A stretch of 64,000 nucleotides of DNA from Candidatus Giovannonibacteria bacterium RIFCSPHIGHO2_01_FULL_45_24 (GCA_001778495.1 MFHE01000010.1:55292-119291), one strand, 5' to 3'; counted from the first letter of the stretch, positions 39,414-49,160 are shown. Program-made: numbers and translations. Notes: a model not told the origin generated them from the sequence alone.

Positions 39414-41194
39414 AATTTAATTTTATAAAGTTTCGCCCAAACCTGGAAATTTATCAGCGCCCATAAAATCGTGAGATTGTATCTTTTGCCTTCAACGTGG
39501 CCCTTTAAAATTTCCTCAATATTTTTCCAATTAAATACCGGCGCGGTCTCTGTGTAATAATTTTGGGAGAGAATGTTTTGAACGGCGGCGTGAATTTTGG
39601 GGGCTCTTAACCATTTTGCCGCAGGAGAGAACCATCCGCGCTTGGGCTGGTGCAACAAAAAATCAGGAATCCGGCCGCGAAACGCTTCTTTTAAGATAAT
39701 TTTTGTGTTAAACGCGCCTAGCTTATATTTTCTAGGGATTTTCGCCGCGAATTCAACAAGATTTTTGTCCAAAAGCGGCACTCTCGCCTCAACCGCAGAA
39801 AACATGGACATCTTGTCCGTGCGCAAAAGCGACTCGTCTACAAGCCATGACTGCCTGTCCACGGACATGAAAAGCTCCTCAAAAGTTTTGGACTGGTTGT
39901 TGCGAAAATAATTTTTTGAAAAAAAAGATTTTGTAATGTTTCTTTCAAAAAATTCTTTCTGCAAGACCTCGCTTAAAATCGGATTTTTTTGAAACATGAA
40001 TCGCGCGAATCTGTCCGTTTCTTTCGGCAGAAAAAACTTCGGCAAAAAACTCAAAATTCTGCTCAAGCGGTATCTTTCGTACCCGCCGAAGAGCTCGTCT
40101 CCGCCGTCTCCACCCAAGACCACATCCACCCCCCCGCTTTTGGTAAATTCAGCCAGCTTCATCATCGGAATAGCGGTTGGGTTGGCAATCGGCTCGTCCA
40201 ACTGGTAAAAAACTTTTTCCAAAAAATCAGGAATTGCTTCCTCTTTGAGCAAAACTTCGTGGTGGCGCGCGCCGTAGCGCGCAGCGGTGCGCTTTGCCAG
40301 ATAAAAATCCTGGTTGAATTTTTCTTCGTCATTTTTATTGGGCAGAGTGAACCCGATGGAAAAAGTGTCTATGTTCCCGCGGGCCGCGCTCATCGCGTCC
40401 AGTACGGCGCTGGAATCAATCCCGCCGGAAAGGTAAAGCCCTACGGGGCGGTCGGAAACCAGTTGTCGCTCTACGCTTTTCAAGATTTCTCCGCGCAAAT
40501 CTTCCGCCAAATCTTGAAGCGGCTTATCAAAATATCTTATTTCCGGAATCCTCCAATATTTAGTAAGTTTAAGCTTGCCGTCCCCGAAAACGCCGTAATG
40601 CGCCGGCGGAAATTTATAAATCCATTCAAACATAGTAAGCGGCTCCGGCGCGTATAAAGCCCTAAAATAAACACTAAATGCCGCGCGGTTTAATTTTCCG
40701 GGGACATCGTGTTTCAGAATGGCCTTTATTTCGGAAGAGAAAATAAATTTGGAACCGTCCGAATAATAATACAATGGCTTTATGCCAATATGGTCCCGTG
40801 CTAAAAACAATTCTTGTTTTAATTTATCCCAAATCGCGAAGGCAAAAATCCCGTTAAATTTCTTCACCGTGCCATATCCCCATTTTTGATAAGCCGCCAA
40901 AATCACCTCGGTATCGCTTGAGGTTTTAAAATTATAAGAGCCGGCAAGCTCATGTTTTAATTCTTTAAAATTATAAATCTCGCCGTTAAAAATAATCACT
41001 AAATTTCCATCCGCGCTTGTCATGGGCTGCGCGGCCGCATCGCTTAGGTCAATGATGCTTAGACGGTTATGCCCCAAAGAAATTTTGTCGTCCAAAAAAA
41101 TTCCGGTGCCGTCGGGCCCCCTGTGGCGCGTTGCCTGATTCATCTTTAAAATCAGCCTTTCGTCTTTGAAATTAAAGCCGTTTACTGCGCACAT
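39410..41194 (-). CDS. asnB: Asparagine synthase-like amidotransferase (second copy)
   Basis: MCAVNG, HRGPD, LSGGIDSS and GDGGDELFGGY motifs. Confidence 0.9.
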   Translation of the reverse strand: MCAVNGFNFKDERLILKMNQATRHRGPDGTGIFLDDKISLGHNRLSIIDLSDAAAQPMTSADGNLVIIFNGEIYNFKELKHELAGSYNFKTSSDTEVILAAYQKWGYGTVKKFNGIFAFAIWDKLKQELFLARDHIGIKPLYYYSDGSKFIFSSEIKAILKHDVPGKLNRAAFSVYFRALYAPEPLTMFEWIYKFPPAHYGVFGDGKLKLTKYWRIPEIRYFDKPLQDLAEDLRGEILKSVERQLVSDRPVGLYLSGGIDSSAVLDAMSAARGNIDTFSIGFTLPNKNDEEKFNQDFYLAKRTAARYGARHHEVLLKEEAIPDFLEKVFYQLDEPIANPTAIPMMKLAEFTKSGGVDVVLGGDGGDELFGGYERYRLSRILSFLPKFFLPKETDRFARFMFQKNPILSEVLQKEFFERNITKSFFSKNYFRNNQSKTFEELFMSVDRQSWLVDESLLRTDKMSMFSAVEARVPLLDKNLVEFAAKIPRKYKLGAFNTKIILKEAFRGRIPDFLLHQPKRGWFSPAAKWLRAPKIHAAVQNILSQNYYTETAPVFNWKNIEEILKGHVEGKRYNLTILWALINFQVWAKLYKIKL

Positions 41195-42002
41195 GAGCGA
41201 CTCTCGTTTTTATGAATAAATATAAAAGATAAAAATGGTACCACAAAGTCAGAAACTGAATCCGCGCCGGCATGGAATCTTCAAATCCGTAAAGCAGATA
41301 CATTTTGGGAATTCGATACAGATATCCGGCGATTATGCGAAGCCGGCGCCAGACGCACCAGTAGAGAAACGGCCCTAGCGGACCATATTCTAAAAGCTCC
41401 GTTTCCCAGCTTGCGTACATTTTCAAGTATTGCCAGTAATTTTCGGCGCGTTCCCGCGACCAGTGAAAATCGTAATAGCTTTGAAGTTCGCCCACTTTAT
41501 ATCTTGCGCGGTCAAACTTCAGACGCTCGTGCACCTTCCCCTTAAAATACGGATTGATTTTTCGGTTTATCAATCTTATTTGATACGAAGGGTAGCTCGC
41601 TTCGTGTTTTATTTCTTTGCTGTCTATAAAAATCCTTGTGGGCATGCGGTAAACAAAAAATTCCGGACGTGGATTCGCGGCTATCTTTTTAATTTCTTCA
41701 ACAACTTCCGCGGATAAAGCATCGTCTGAATCCATAAAAAAATACCAATCGTAAGAAGCCGCGTCCATATTTTTTTGCCGGACATTCGCCTTGTCTTTGA
41801 CGCAACGCAAATTGGGCTCGTCCGAATCGTATTGCTTTACTATTTTGGCTCCGTATTCGCGGGCAATTTCCAAAGTACTATCGGTGCTGTTGCCGTCACA
41901 AATTACAATCTCCGCGAAGGCCTTGAGCGAATCCAAGCAGCGGCGCAATGTGGCGCCGGAGTTCAGAGTCAGTATTCCAACGGAGCATGGTATTTTATTC
42001 AT
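41172..42002 (-). CDS. GT2 (WaaE/KdtX-like)
   Basis: DGNSTDST, MDSDD and GKVHE motifs. Confidence 0.82.
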   Translation of the reverse strand: MNKIPCSVGILTLNSGATLRRCLDSLKAFAEIVICDGNSTDSTLEIAREYGAKIVKQYDSDEPNLRCVKDKANVRQKNMDAASYDWYFFMDSDDALSAEVVEEIKKIAANPRPEFFVYRMPTRIFIDSKEIKHEASYPSYQIRLINRKINPYFKGKVHERLKFDRARYKVGELQSYYDFHWSRERAENYWQYLKMYASWETELLEYGPLGPFLYWCVWRRLRIIAGYLYRIPKMYLLYGFEDSMPARIQFLTLWYHFYLLYLFIKTRVAHVRSKRL

Positions 42003-42997
42003 CTCATATTGGCGATAATTGTTTCAATCAGGTTTTCAAGATTGTGATTTTTTATAACCAACTCGCGCAAAGCCAAATTTTTTCCGGCGCCGGCCGTTTG
42101 AACAATTTTTCCCGCAATCACTGCGGCGTCCTTCGGCAAAACTGCAAGCAGACTTTTAAACGCTTCGCTGGTGGTTATTATCGGAAGCCCGCAGGACATT
42201 GCTTCCAGCACCACCTTGTCCATGCTGCCGGTTTCGCTCGCATGAAGCAAAATATCGTGGCTGTTGTAGATATCCTGCATTTCGTCTTGATTCTTTGCGC
42301 CCAAAAATATAACTCTGCCGCGCAAATTTTTCTCCAAAACCAGCATTTCCAGCTTCCTTTTATATGTAACGTCCGCCTTTGTAATTGGTTCCCCAACTAT
42401 ATCTAAAACCGCATTCCCGCTTGCTAAACTAACAACTTCAAGAATAAACTCGTAATCTTTGGATGGAGTAATCCTCCCCACGCTAAGAAGTTTAAGCGCC
42501 CCGGTTTTCAGCATATTTTTCGGCTTAAAACGCTCGGTATCAATGCCGTGTCCAGTGACCATAATTTTTTTAGAGCGGAGCCGGCAGCTTTCCGGCGAAG
42601 CCGTGAAAATTTTTGCAACTAGTTTTTCGGCGAGCCGCAAAGAAGATGTCACTGATTTGTGAGTATACCATAAATATATTTTTTTTTTGAAAATCGCCGC
42701 CGCAGGCCAAGCGAGAATAACCCAGATTTGGATCATATGCACAAACACGGCGTCGGCTTTTGGCAGTGCAGAAAACAGATATTTATAAAAATTTATATAG
42801 CGCATGATTCTGCCAATTTTCTTTTCTTTTCCCAAAGAAAAAACTTGAACGTTAGCCGGCAAGCTGTATTTGCCAATAAAATTCGCCACGACAAAAACTT
42901 TGTCGGCTCTTTCTGCAAGCTCCTCCAGCCAGCGATGGAAAAATCCTAAATTGTCGTCCTCCTTATCAACTTTTTGAGTGAAAATTAAAAGATTCAT
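41999..42997 (-). CDS. Glycosyltransferase family 4
   Basis: GHGID, VGRITPSK and DKVVLEAMSCG motifs. Confidence 0.88.
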   Translation of the reverse strand: MNLLIFTQKVDKEDDNLGFFHRWLEELAERADKVFVVANFIGKYSLPANVQVFSLGKEKKIGRIMRYINFYKYLFSALPKADAVFVHMIQIWVILAWPAAAIFKKKIYLWYTHKSVTSSLRLAEKLVAKIFTASPESCRLRSKKIMVTGHGIDTERFKPKNMLKTGALKLLSVGRITPSKDYEFILEVVSLASGNAVLDIVGEPITKADVTYKRKLEMLVLEKNLRGRVIFLGAKNQDEMQDIYNSHDILLHASETGSMDKVVLEAMSCGLPIITTSEAFKSLLAVLPKDAAVIAGKIVQTAGAGKNLALRELVIKNHNLENLIETIIANMR

Positions 42998-44019
42998 TTT
43001 TTATGCGCGCATACTTCAAAACTGCTTTTATATAACCTTAAATAATCTTCTTTTGTTTGAGAAACAAGCGGCTTGGGGGGAGGCAATTTCAGGTTTAAAG
43101 CCGAGCTCAATTTTTCGGCCAAATCGCTTTTGTCGCCGACTTTGAAAACACATTCCGACTCCAAAATTTCCGACGCGATACCGACATCGCTTGATACAAT
43201 TTTTGCACCCGCAGCAGCGGCCTCAACCAGCGTGCGCCCATACCCTTCGTAATTGGAAGTTAGCAAAAATAAATCACAAGTTTTGTAGTAAGAAACAAGG
43301 TCGGGGGCGTGAGGTTCAAATTTAACATTTCTTTCCAACTTTTCACTTTGAACTTTTAACTTTAAACTTTCTAGCTCCGGCCCGTTTCCGACAATAAGAA
43401 GTAGGGAGCTTAAGGGGTGGGTTATTAGCCCCCCCACCGCCTCAATCGCCAATCCGATATTTTTTTCTTTTGTTATCCGCGAAGCCATTAAAATTATGAA
43501 CCGCCCGGGATATTTTTTATAGAGGTCTGTTTTGATAAGCGCGTTTCTTATTTTTTCAATATCAACAAAAATTGGTAAAGCGGTGATGTTAGAAATTAGA
43601 AATTGGAAATTAGAAATTAGCGAAAGTTTAATTCTTTCTGAAACAACTCTTATGCAGTCCGCCCTCGGAATCAAAAACTTCGCCAACGCCACCCTCAATT
43701 TGTTCAAAACCGAGCTTTCAACAAATTGATGGCTAAAAATATCGGCGTGTATTTGCATTTGAAATGGAACCTTAAAAAATTTTGAAAACGCCCACGCCAG
43801 AAGCGCGTGTTCAACATCCTGCGCCGTAATCACATCGTATTTTTTATGCCAAAGTTTCTTAAAACCGGAAAAAACTGCGCCAATAAATCTAAAAATGTTT
43901 CCGTAAGCGAGCAAAACATCCAGCCCGCCGAGCGTTTTGCGATATTCTTCCATTCTTTTGCACGCTTCTGACCGCGGATTTACAATACTCGGGTCTCCAC
44001 TTATCATTAGGACTTTCAT
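42994..44019 (-). CDS. Glycosyltransferase family 4
   Basis: SRITKEK and EGYGRTLVEA; contains several in-frame repeat inserts. Confidence 0.88.
   Translation of the reverse strand: MKVLMISGDPSIVNPRSEACKRMEEYRKTLGGLDVLLAYGNIFRFIGAVFSGFKKLWHKKYDVITAQDVEHALLAWAFSKFFKVPFQMQIHADIFSHQFVESSVLNKLRVALAKFLIPRADCIRVVSERIKLSLISNFQFLISNITALPIFVDIEKIRNALIKTDLYKKYPGRFIILMASRITKEKNIGLAIEAVGGLITHPLSSLLLIVGNGPELESLKLKVQSEKLERNVKFEPHAPDLVSYYKTCDLFLLTSNYEGYGRTLVEAAAAGAKIVSSDVGIASEILESECVFKVGDKSDLAEKLSSALNLKLPPPKPLVSQTKEDYLRLYKSSFEVCAHKK
43336..43370. repeat. 7-bp tandem array NNACTTT x5, in frame
   Basis: CAACTTT TCACTTT GAACTTT TAACTTT AAACTTT. Confidence 0.75.
43591..43618. repeat. 7-bp tandem array RGAAATT x4, in frame
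   Basis: AGAAATT AGAAATT GGAAATT AGAAATT (peptide LISNFQFLISN). Confidence 0.85.
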
Positions 44020-46241
44020 AATAATATTTTAATAGTTTTATTAATCATCCTCTCTTTTGAAAATTCGCTGGATTTTTGGGAGGCAGCTTCGCTAAGTTTT
44101 TTGGCAAATTCAGGATTTTTCAAAATATCCAGAATTTTTGTTTTTAGTGCCTCCTTATCATTGAATTTTACCAAAAAACCTTCTTTGTTGTTTTCAATAA
44201 GCTCCGGATTGCCGCCGGCGTCAGTAGTCACAATGGGAACGCCGAGTGCCATCGCTTCTAAAATCTGGTGTGAAAATCCTTCGTAGGCGGTGTTGAGCGT
44301 AAAAATATCGGCGGTGCAGAGATATTCCAAAACTTTTTCGCGAGGAAGATTGCCAGCAAGAATAACGGTTTTTTGTAATTTGTAATTTGTAATTTGTAAT
44401 TTGAGCTTCTCATGCTCCGGCCCATCACCAACTATTACCAATTTTGCATCCGGCGCTTCTTTTAAAATCTCCGGCATAATCTCAAGTAAAGCGTCAAACC
44501 CTTTCCATGGAACAAGACGGCCGGCTGAAACAATCAACTTAGACGTCGGACGTCTAAGTTGATGTCCGGCGCCTTCAAAATCAAACGCATTATAAATAAC
44601 ATGAATCTTTTTTGGATTTACGCCCCACGCCGTAACAACCTTTTTTAAATACTCGCTCGGCACAATGACTTTCTCTGCACGATTTGCAACAAATTTTTGG
44701 ATTTTACGCAAAAGCTCAACTTCCCACCGATACTTATTTTTCGAAAAATCATCTAAAACTTCCTTCACTCCAAATCGCTGAACCCCCTGCTCCCAAGCGT
44801 AATCGCCGACGATTTTGAGCAAAAACTTCTTGCGCAAGATTTTAGCGGCGAGCGCGGCCGGTAATCCAACGCTCGCCGGGTCCTGTGCGAAAATAATATC
44901 TGCATTTCTGCCGCAAGCCATAAGCTTCAAGCCGTAGATAAAATGGCGAATTATTTTCGGCCAGCGCCGAACTGACCTGAAATTTAAAATCCTCGCTCCA
45001 AAGTTTTTTTTTGGCAGCTCATCCAATAAAGTTTTGCTGTAAGTTGCAGGTCCTCCAACTTCCGGCGGGAAAATGCCGGTCGCAATCAAAACTCGTTTTT
45101 TAATATTAAACTCATGATTAAAAATGTCCGCGTAATTTTTTGCGATTTTACCCCAAGAAAATCTTTCCTCAATCATTTTTCTGCCGTTTGCGATAATTTT
45201 TTGTACCAGCGCTCTATCCTCCAGCAAAATTTTTATTTTACCCGCCAAATCTTTCGGGTCATCAACTTTGGCAAATAATCCAGTTTCGCCATCTTTTATA
45301 ATATCCGAAATCCCTCCGACAGGCGTGCCGATAATCGGCAACCCTGCGGCCAGCGCCTCCACAAATGCGTTGCCCATCCCTTCCGAGCGCGACGGGCGCG
45401 CGAAAACATCGGCTTGGGCGAGGCATTTCGGTAAATCATCATAAGGAACTTCGTCGAAAAACTCTACATCTGCCTTAAGCTTTAAGCCATACGTCATATG
45501 CTCAAGCCGTTTACGCTCCGGGCCGTCGCCAATTATATGCAGCTTAACAGCCAGAGTGTCTTTTTTGAGTTCGGCAACCGCCTTAATTAAAATGTCCACG
45601 CCGTTTTTCGGAACAAGCCGGCCGACGGTGATTATCGTTTTAAAATTTGCTTGAAATTTGGAATTTAAATTTTGGAATTTTCGTATATCTACTCCGTTAT
45701 GTATTACCGCCCCATCGCCGATATAACCGTATTGCTTGCACAAATTAAGCAAATAATTTGATATTGCAGTGACATAGTCCGCTTGCATTAAAATAAGCCG
45801 AAACGCCAAATTCATAAGCCCGAGTCTGCCCTTAGTCACTCTTTCCTCTCCGTAGCCGTACTGAATTGTAAAAACTAAGGGGATTTTTGAATAAAAAACT
45901 TTCAGAAGTCCGGCTGTAGCGGCTCCGAAGGAAAAATCCACAACCCAAAAAATTATTCTGCCGCGGTGTTTTTTCGCCTCTCGTAAGACCCTAAACCACC
46001 CAAAAAACAAAAGCCAAAATTTATCAAAGCGATTTCCAAATCCAACTCTAACCACCAATCCCTCATCTCTCACTTCCCTTTTCGGCAAATCACGGCGCAT
46101 GCTGGAAGTAAAAATTATAAAATCAAACCTGTCTTTGAGTCTTTTCGCAACTTGTTCAATCGCAACCTCCGCTCCGCCGATGAACGGCAAATAGGCAGTA
46201 GAAAAAACAAAAATCACGGGCTTTTTGAGCTCATCTTTCAT
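44016..46241 (-). CDS. Double GT4 glycosyltransferase (two tandem GT-B modules)
   Basis: GGAE...EGMGNAFVEA, then a second module PPEVGGPA...EGFSHQILEA. Confidence 0.88.
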   Translation of the reverse strand: MKDELKKPVIFVFSTAYLPFIGGAEVAIEQVAKRLKDRFDFIIFTSSMRRDLPKREVRDEGLVVRVGFGNRFDKFWLLFFGWFRVLREAKKHRGRIIFWVVDFSFGAATAGLLKVFYSKIPLVFTIQYGYGEERVTKGRLGLMNLAFRLILMQADYVTAISNYLLNLCKQYGYIGDGAVIHNGVDIRKFQNLNSKFQANFKTIITVGRLVPKNGVDILIKAVAELKKDTLAVKLHIIGDGPERKRLEHMTYGLKLKADVEFFDEVPYDDLPKCLAQADVFARPSRSEGMGNAFVEALAAGLPIIGTPVGGISDIIKDGETGLFAKVDDPKDLAGKIKILLEDRALVQKIIANGRKMIEERFSWGKIAKNYADIFNHEFNIKKRVLIATGIFPPEVGGPATYSKTLLDELPKKNFGARILNFRSVRRWPKIIRHFIYGLKLMACGRNADIIFAQDPASVGLPAALAAKILRKKFLLKIVGDYAWEQGVQRFGVKEVLDDFSKNKYRWEVELLRKIQKFVANRAEKVIVPSEYLKKVVTAWGVNPKKIHVIYNAFDFEGAGHQLRRPTSKLIVSAGRLVPWKGFDALLEIMPEILKEAPDAKLVIVGDGPEHEKLKLQITNYKLQKTVILAGNLPREKVLEYLCTADIFTLNTAYEGFSHQILEAMALGVPIVTTDAGGNPELIENNKEGFLVKFNDKEALKTKILDILKNPEFAKKLSEAASQKSSEFSKERMINKTIKILL
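44372..44399. repeat. Perfect (TTTGTAA)x4, in frame
   Basis: Encodes KLQITNYKLQK on the minus strand. Confidence 0.9.
44533..44563. repeat. Palindromic micro-element ATCAACTTAGACGTC-G-GACGTCTAAGTTGAT (copy 1)
   Basis: Perfect 15-bp arms, encoding HQLRRPTSKLI; second copy at 58602. Confidence 0.9.
45652..45679. repeat. Degenerate 7-bp array, in frame
   Basis: TGAAATT TGGAATT TAAATTT TGGAATT (peptide KFQNLNSKFQ). Confidence 0.65.
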
Positions 46242-46261
46242 CTAGTTAATTATATAACGCT

Positions 46262-47755
46262 CTAAGCCCAATATCGTTTGCCCAAAAAGAAAATGAGAGC
46301 CGCCACTACGCCGACGCCGAGTCCAGCGAAAAGCCAGAAGTAATCTCTGCCCCAAAAAGCTCGCGTGCCTCCTGGGTTCTCAATATTTATTACGGAAGCT
46401 GTTTGGGAAAGCGGACTTTTGAGCGCGTCCGCCGGCTTTGCTGCCGAAGCAATGGGCGCTGTTTTTTTGGCGATTTCATTCTTTGCCCCAGGAGTTGCGC
46501 GAGCCACAATCCAAGCGTTGTTTTCAAAATTTAAGCTTTCCTCCTTAGCAAGCGCCAAAACCGGGTAATTTAAAGAAGACATAATGGAACCGTTTGGATA
46601 AATAAATTTTACTTCTCCCCCGTAAGCAGGTAGCAAGAAGCCGAGAGTGGTGGTGCCCAAAACCAGCGCCGCGTAAGGGGCAACAAATGTATTTTCTGAA
46701 AATGTAAATACTTTATCTCCGCATGAGAGGCCAAATCTTGATATTTCAATTTTCCGCGAGGAATTATTTTTGATTTCAATCCAGCCATCCGGCCCAGTTT
46801 TAATTTCTGAAATCGTGAGCGGGCTCGCCATGACAGCAATATTGACCGTATCCATTGCAGAATACTCGCCCGACGAAACATTCAAAGAAACTGTGTATAC
46901 GCCCGGATAAAGAAAAACGTGTCCAATTTTTTCGCCGTCTAAAATAGGCGAGCCATCACCGAAATTCCACGAAAATCTTGCGCCGTCCAAAGGCTCGCCG
47001 GCAAGGCCCTCCGCAAACCCGTCAAAAAATATTGTTGCCCCGGCTATCGCCGAGCGGTCCTCTCCCGCATAGGCCTTGATTTGCGCAACCGGCCTGGGCG
47101 CAACCGAACCACTGGTTTGAGTTTCAGAAACGGACGCGTCCGTAGCGTCGCTTTCTTCCGCTGGCGGCGTTGAGTCCGGAGCCGGATCGGATATAGTCCA
47201 GCCGATTATGCTTGCGCGCTGATTGAAATCGTTTAACTTTAAAACTTTTCCTTCGTATCCCCCGGAAATATCAATGAAAGCCCCGGCAGTCCAGATACCA
47301 GCGCTTGCGGCAGTTGTCTCCCAAGTTTTTTTTTCGGAACTCCCGGGATTATGGTATCTTACATAAGAAACAATTGTGTCCTTGGAATGAGTCGTGCTTG
47401 AAAAAAGCGCAAGCGAGCCGGAGGAATTTCCCATATTGCCGGAAGCGGCCGGAAAATATAAATTTGCGTCGTCGTCCGCGCCGCTTGCGCGGAGGTGGAT
47501 TTCAACTGACGCCCCGGCGTTCAAAACAAAGTCCGGAAAGGCAAAATAGCCAATGCCGTCCGGATATAAATGCCAGCCGGATAGATTTATCTGCGAAGCG
47601 CCAAAATTTTTTACGACAACGTATTCCAAACTCGTATCATTTACTCCAGCCGGGTCAGATAAGATTTCATATATCGCCACATCGCCAGCGGCCCCAAAAG
47701 CAAAATCTGCTCCGCCAAGCAACGCCATAACCAACAAAAACCGCCACCGTTTCAT
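46262..47755 (-). CDS. Secreted, membrane-anchored lamin-tail-domain + PKD surface protein
   Basis: Signal peptide, IYEILSDP...EYV..KN (LTD), WNFGDG...YPGVYTVSL (PKD), a second LTD-like region and a C-terminal TM. Start set at ATG 47755. Confidence 0.75.
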   Translation of the reverse strand: MKRWRFLLVMALLGGADFAFGAAGDVAIYEILSDPAGVNDTSLEYVVVKNFGASQINLSGWHLYPDGIGYFAFPDFVLNAGASVEIHLRASGADDDANLYFPAASGNMGNSSGSLALFSSTTHSKDTIVSYVRYHNPGSSEKKTWETTAASAGIWTAGAFIDISGGYEGKVLKLNDFNQRASIIGWTISDPAPDSTPPAEESDATDASVSETQTSGSVAPRPVAQIKAYAGEDRSAIAGATIFFDGFAEGLAGEPLDGARFSWNFGDGSPILDGEKIGHVFLYPGVYTVSLNVSSGEYSAMDTVNIAVMASPLTISEIKTGPDGWIEIKNNSSRKIEISRFGLSCGDKVFTFSENTFVAPYAALVLGTTTLGFLLPAYGGEVKFIYPNGSIMSSLNYPVLALAKEESLNFENNAWIVARATPGAKNEIAKKTAPIASAAKPADALKSPLSQTASVINIENPGGTRAFWGRDYFWLFAGLGVGVVAALIFFLGKRYWA

Positions 47756-47888
47756 TACCGATGAGTTTAACATAGCAAAATTTTACAATCAATAAAAAAA
47801 CGCTCGGGGGTTACTCCCTCAAGCGCATGAGATCAAAAAACTACATGCTAGCAAAAATCAATGTTGGCGTCAAGCTCTCCAGCCAAAA

Positions 47889-49160
47889 CTATTTTGAAAG
47901 TCCAGCGCTGAAGAGGAAGCGGGTCAGGCGGCCGGTGCCGGTATGCGGCAAAGAGCGCAAAAAATAGCGGGAGGCGGTAATTGCTGAAAACATACTTACC
48001 AAAATTCCCAGCCCCAGAGTTAATGCGAACCCGCGCACCAAGCTTGTGCCGAAATAATAAAGAATCGCGGCGGTAATCAAACTGGAAACATTTGAGTCGC
48101 GTATGGACGTCCATGCCCGGCGGAAGCCCTCGGCCATCGCCGTATCCAGCGACCGCCCGGAACGGAGCTCCTCTTTCATGCGCTCAAATATCAAAATATT
48201 GGCGTCCACCGCCATACCCACCGACAAAATAAATCCGGCAATGCCCGCGGACGAAAGCGTCACCGGAATCAATTTAAACAAAAGCAAAGTAATCGCGCCG
48301 TAAACGCCGAGCGCCAAAACCGAGATGACGCCGGGAAGCCGGTACCATAAAATCATAAAGAGCATGACGGCGAGCGTCCCGTAAATCGCGGCGCGCAGGC
48401 TTTTTATAAGCGCGTCCTTGCCCAAAGAAGCGCCGACGCTTTCCTGCGAAAGCAAGGTGATTGGAACCGGCAGCGCTCCGGCGTTAAACCGTCTAACCAG
48501 CTGTTTCGCTTCCTCCAGAGTGAATCGCCCGGTTATCTGCGCCTGGCCGCCGCTAATGCGCTCCTGCACCACCGGCGCGCTGATTGGAGCGCCGTCCAAA
48601 AAAATAGCCACTGGGCTGCCGACATTTTTCTCGGTAATCCTTTCAAATATTTCCGCGCCCTCGTCGTTAAACTCCAAAAAAATCTGCGGCTCGCCCAAAT
48701 TTTGCTCAAAACTCAAAGAGGCGCGCTTTAAATACCTGCCGGTCAGATTCGTGGCCACGAAACCTTCCCCTTTTAATTCCCTAAATTCCAAATAGGGCGT
48801 TTCGCCAATCGCTTTTATGGCCTCTTTTATGTCAAAAACGCCCGCAAGCTCCACAATGAGCCGCCGCTCTCCTCCGACGTTTTCCGTCTGCACAACCGGT
48901 TCGGAGACGCCGAAAAGATTTACGCGCCTTTCAATAACATCCCGCACTCCGGCCATAGCCTCGCTGGCTTCGGCGGAAGAAACCAAAGATATGTCCGCGC
49001 GGTAAACCAAGTGCGCTCCGCCCTGCAAATCCAGCCCCAGCCGGAACGGCCACCGCAAAAAATCCGGCAAAAACCGTGCCTGCCTGCCGGCAGGTAGGTC
49101 GTAAAGCCCCGCCAAAACGCCGAGAAGTAAAATGATTAATGCCAAAACACGAATTTTCAT
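47889..49160 (-). CDS. secD: Protein translocase subunit SecD
   Basis: LGLDLQGG, GALPVP, GMAVDANILIFER and GFALTL motifs. Confidence 0.95.
   Translation of the reverse strand: MKIRVLALIILLLGVLAGLYDLPAGRQARFLPDFLRWPFRLGLDLQGGAHLVYRADISLVSSAEASEAMAGVRDVIERRVNLFGVSEPVVQTENVGGERRLIVELAGVFDIKEAIKAIGETPYLEFRELKGEGFVATNLTGRYLKRASLSFEQNLGEPQIFLEFNDEGAEIFERITEKNVGSPVAIFLDGAPISAPVVQERISGGQAQITGRFTLEEAKQLVRRFNAGALPVPITLLSQESVGASLGKDALIKSLRAAIYGTLAVMLFMILWYRLPGVISVLALGVYGAITLLLFKLIPVTLSSAGIAGFILSVGMAVDANILIFERMKEELRSGRSLDTAMAEGFRRAWTSIRDSNVSSLITAAILYYFGTSLVRGFALTLGLGILVSMFSAITASRYFLRSLPHTGTGRLTRFLFSAGLSK
49079..49098. repeat. Palindrome CCTGCCTGCC-GGCAGGTAGG, in frame in secD (LPAGRQ)
   Basis: 10-bp arms with 1 mismatch. 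Confidence 0.75.

Noticed and set aside
43336-45679. Possible CRISPR array among the repeats
   Set aside because: Units are 7 bp and contiguous, with no spacers and no cas genes.
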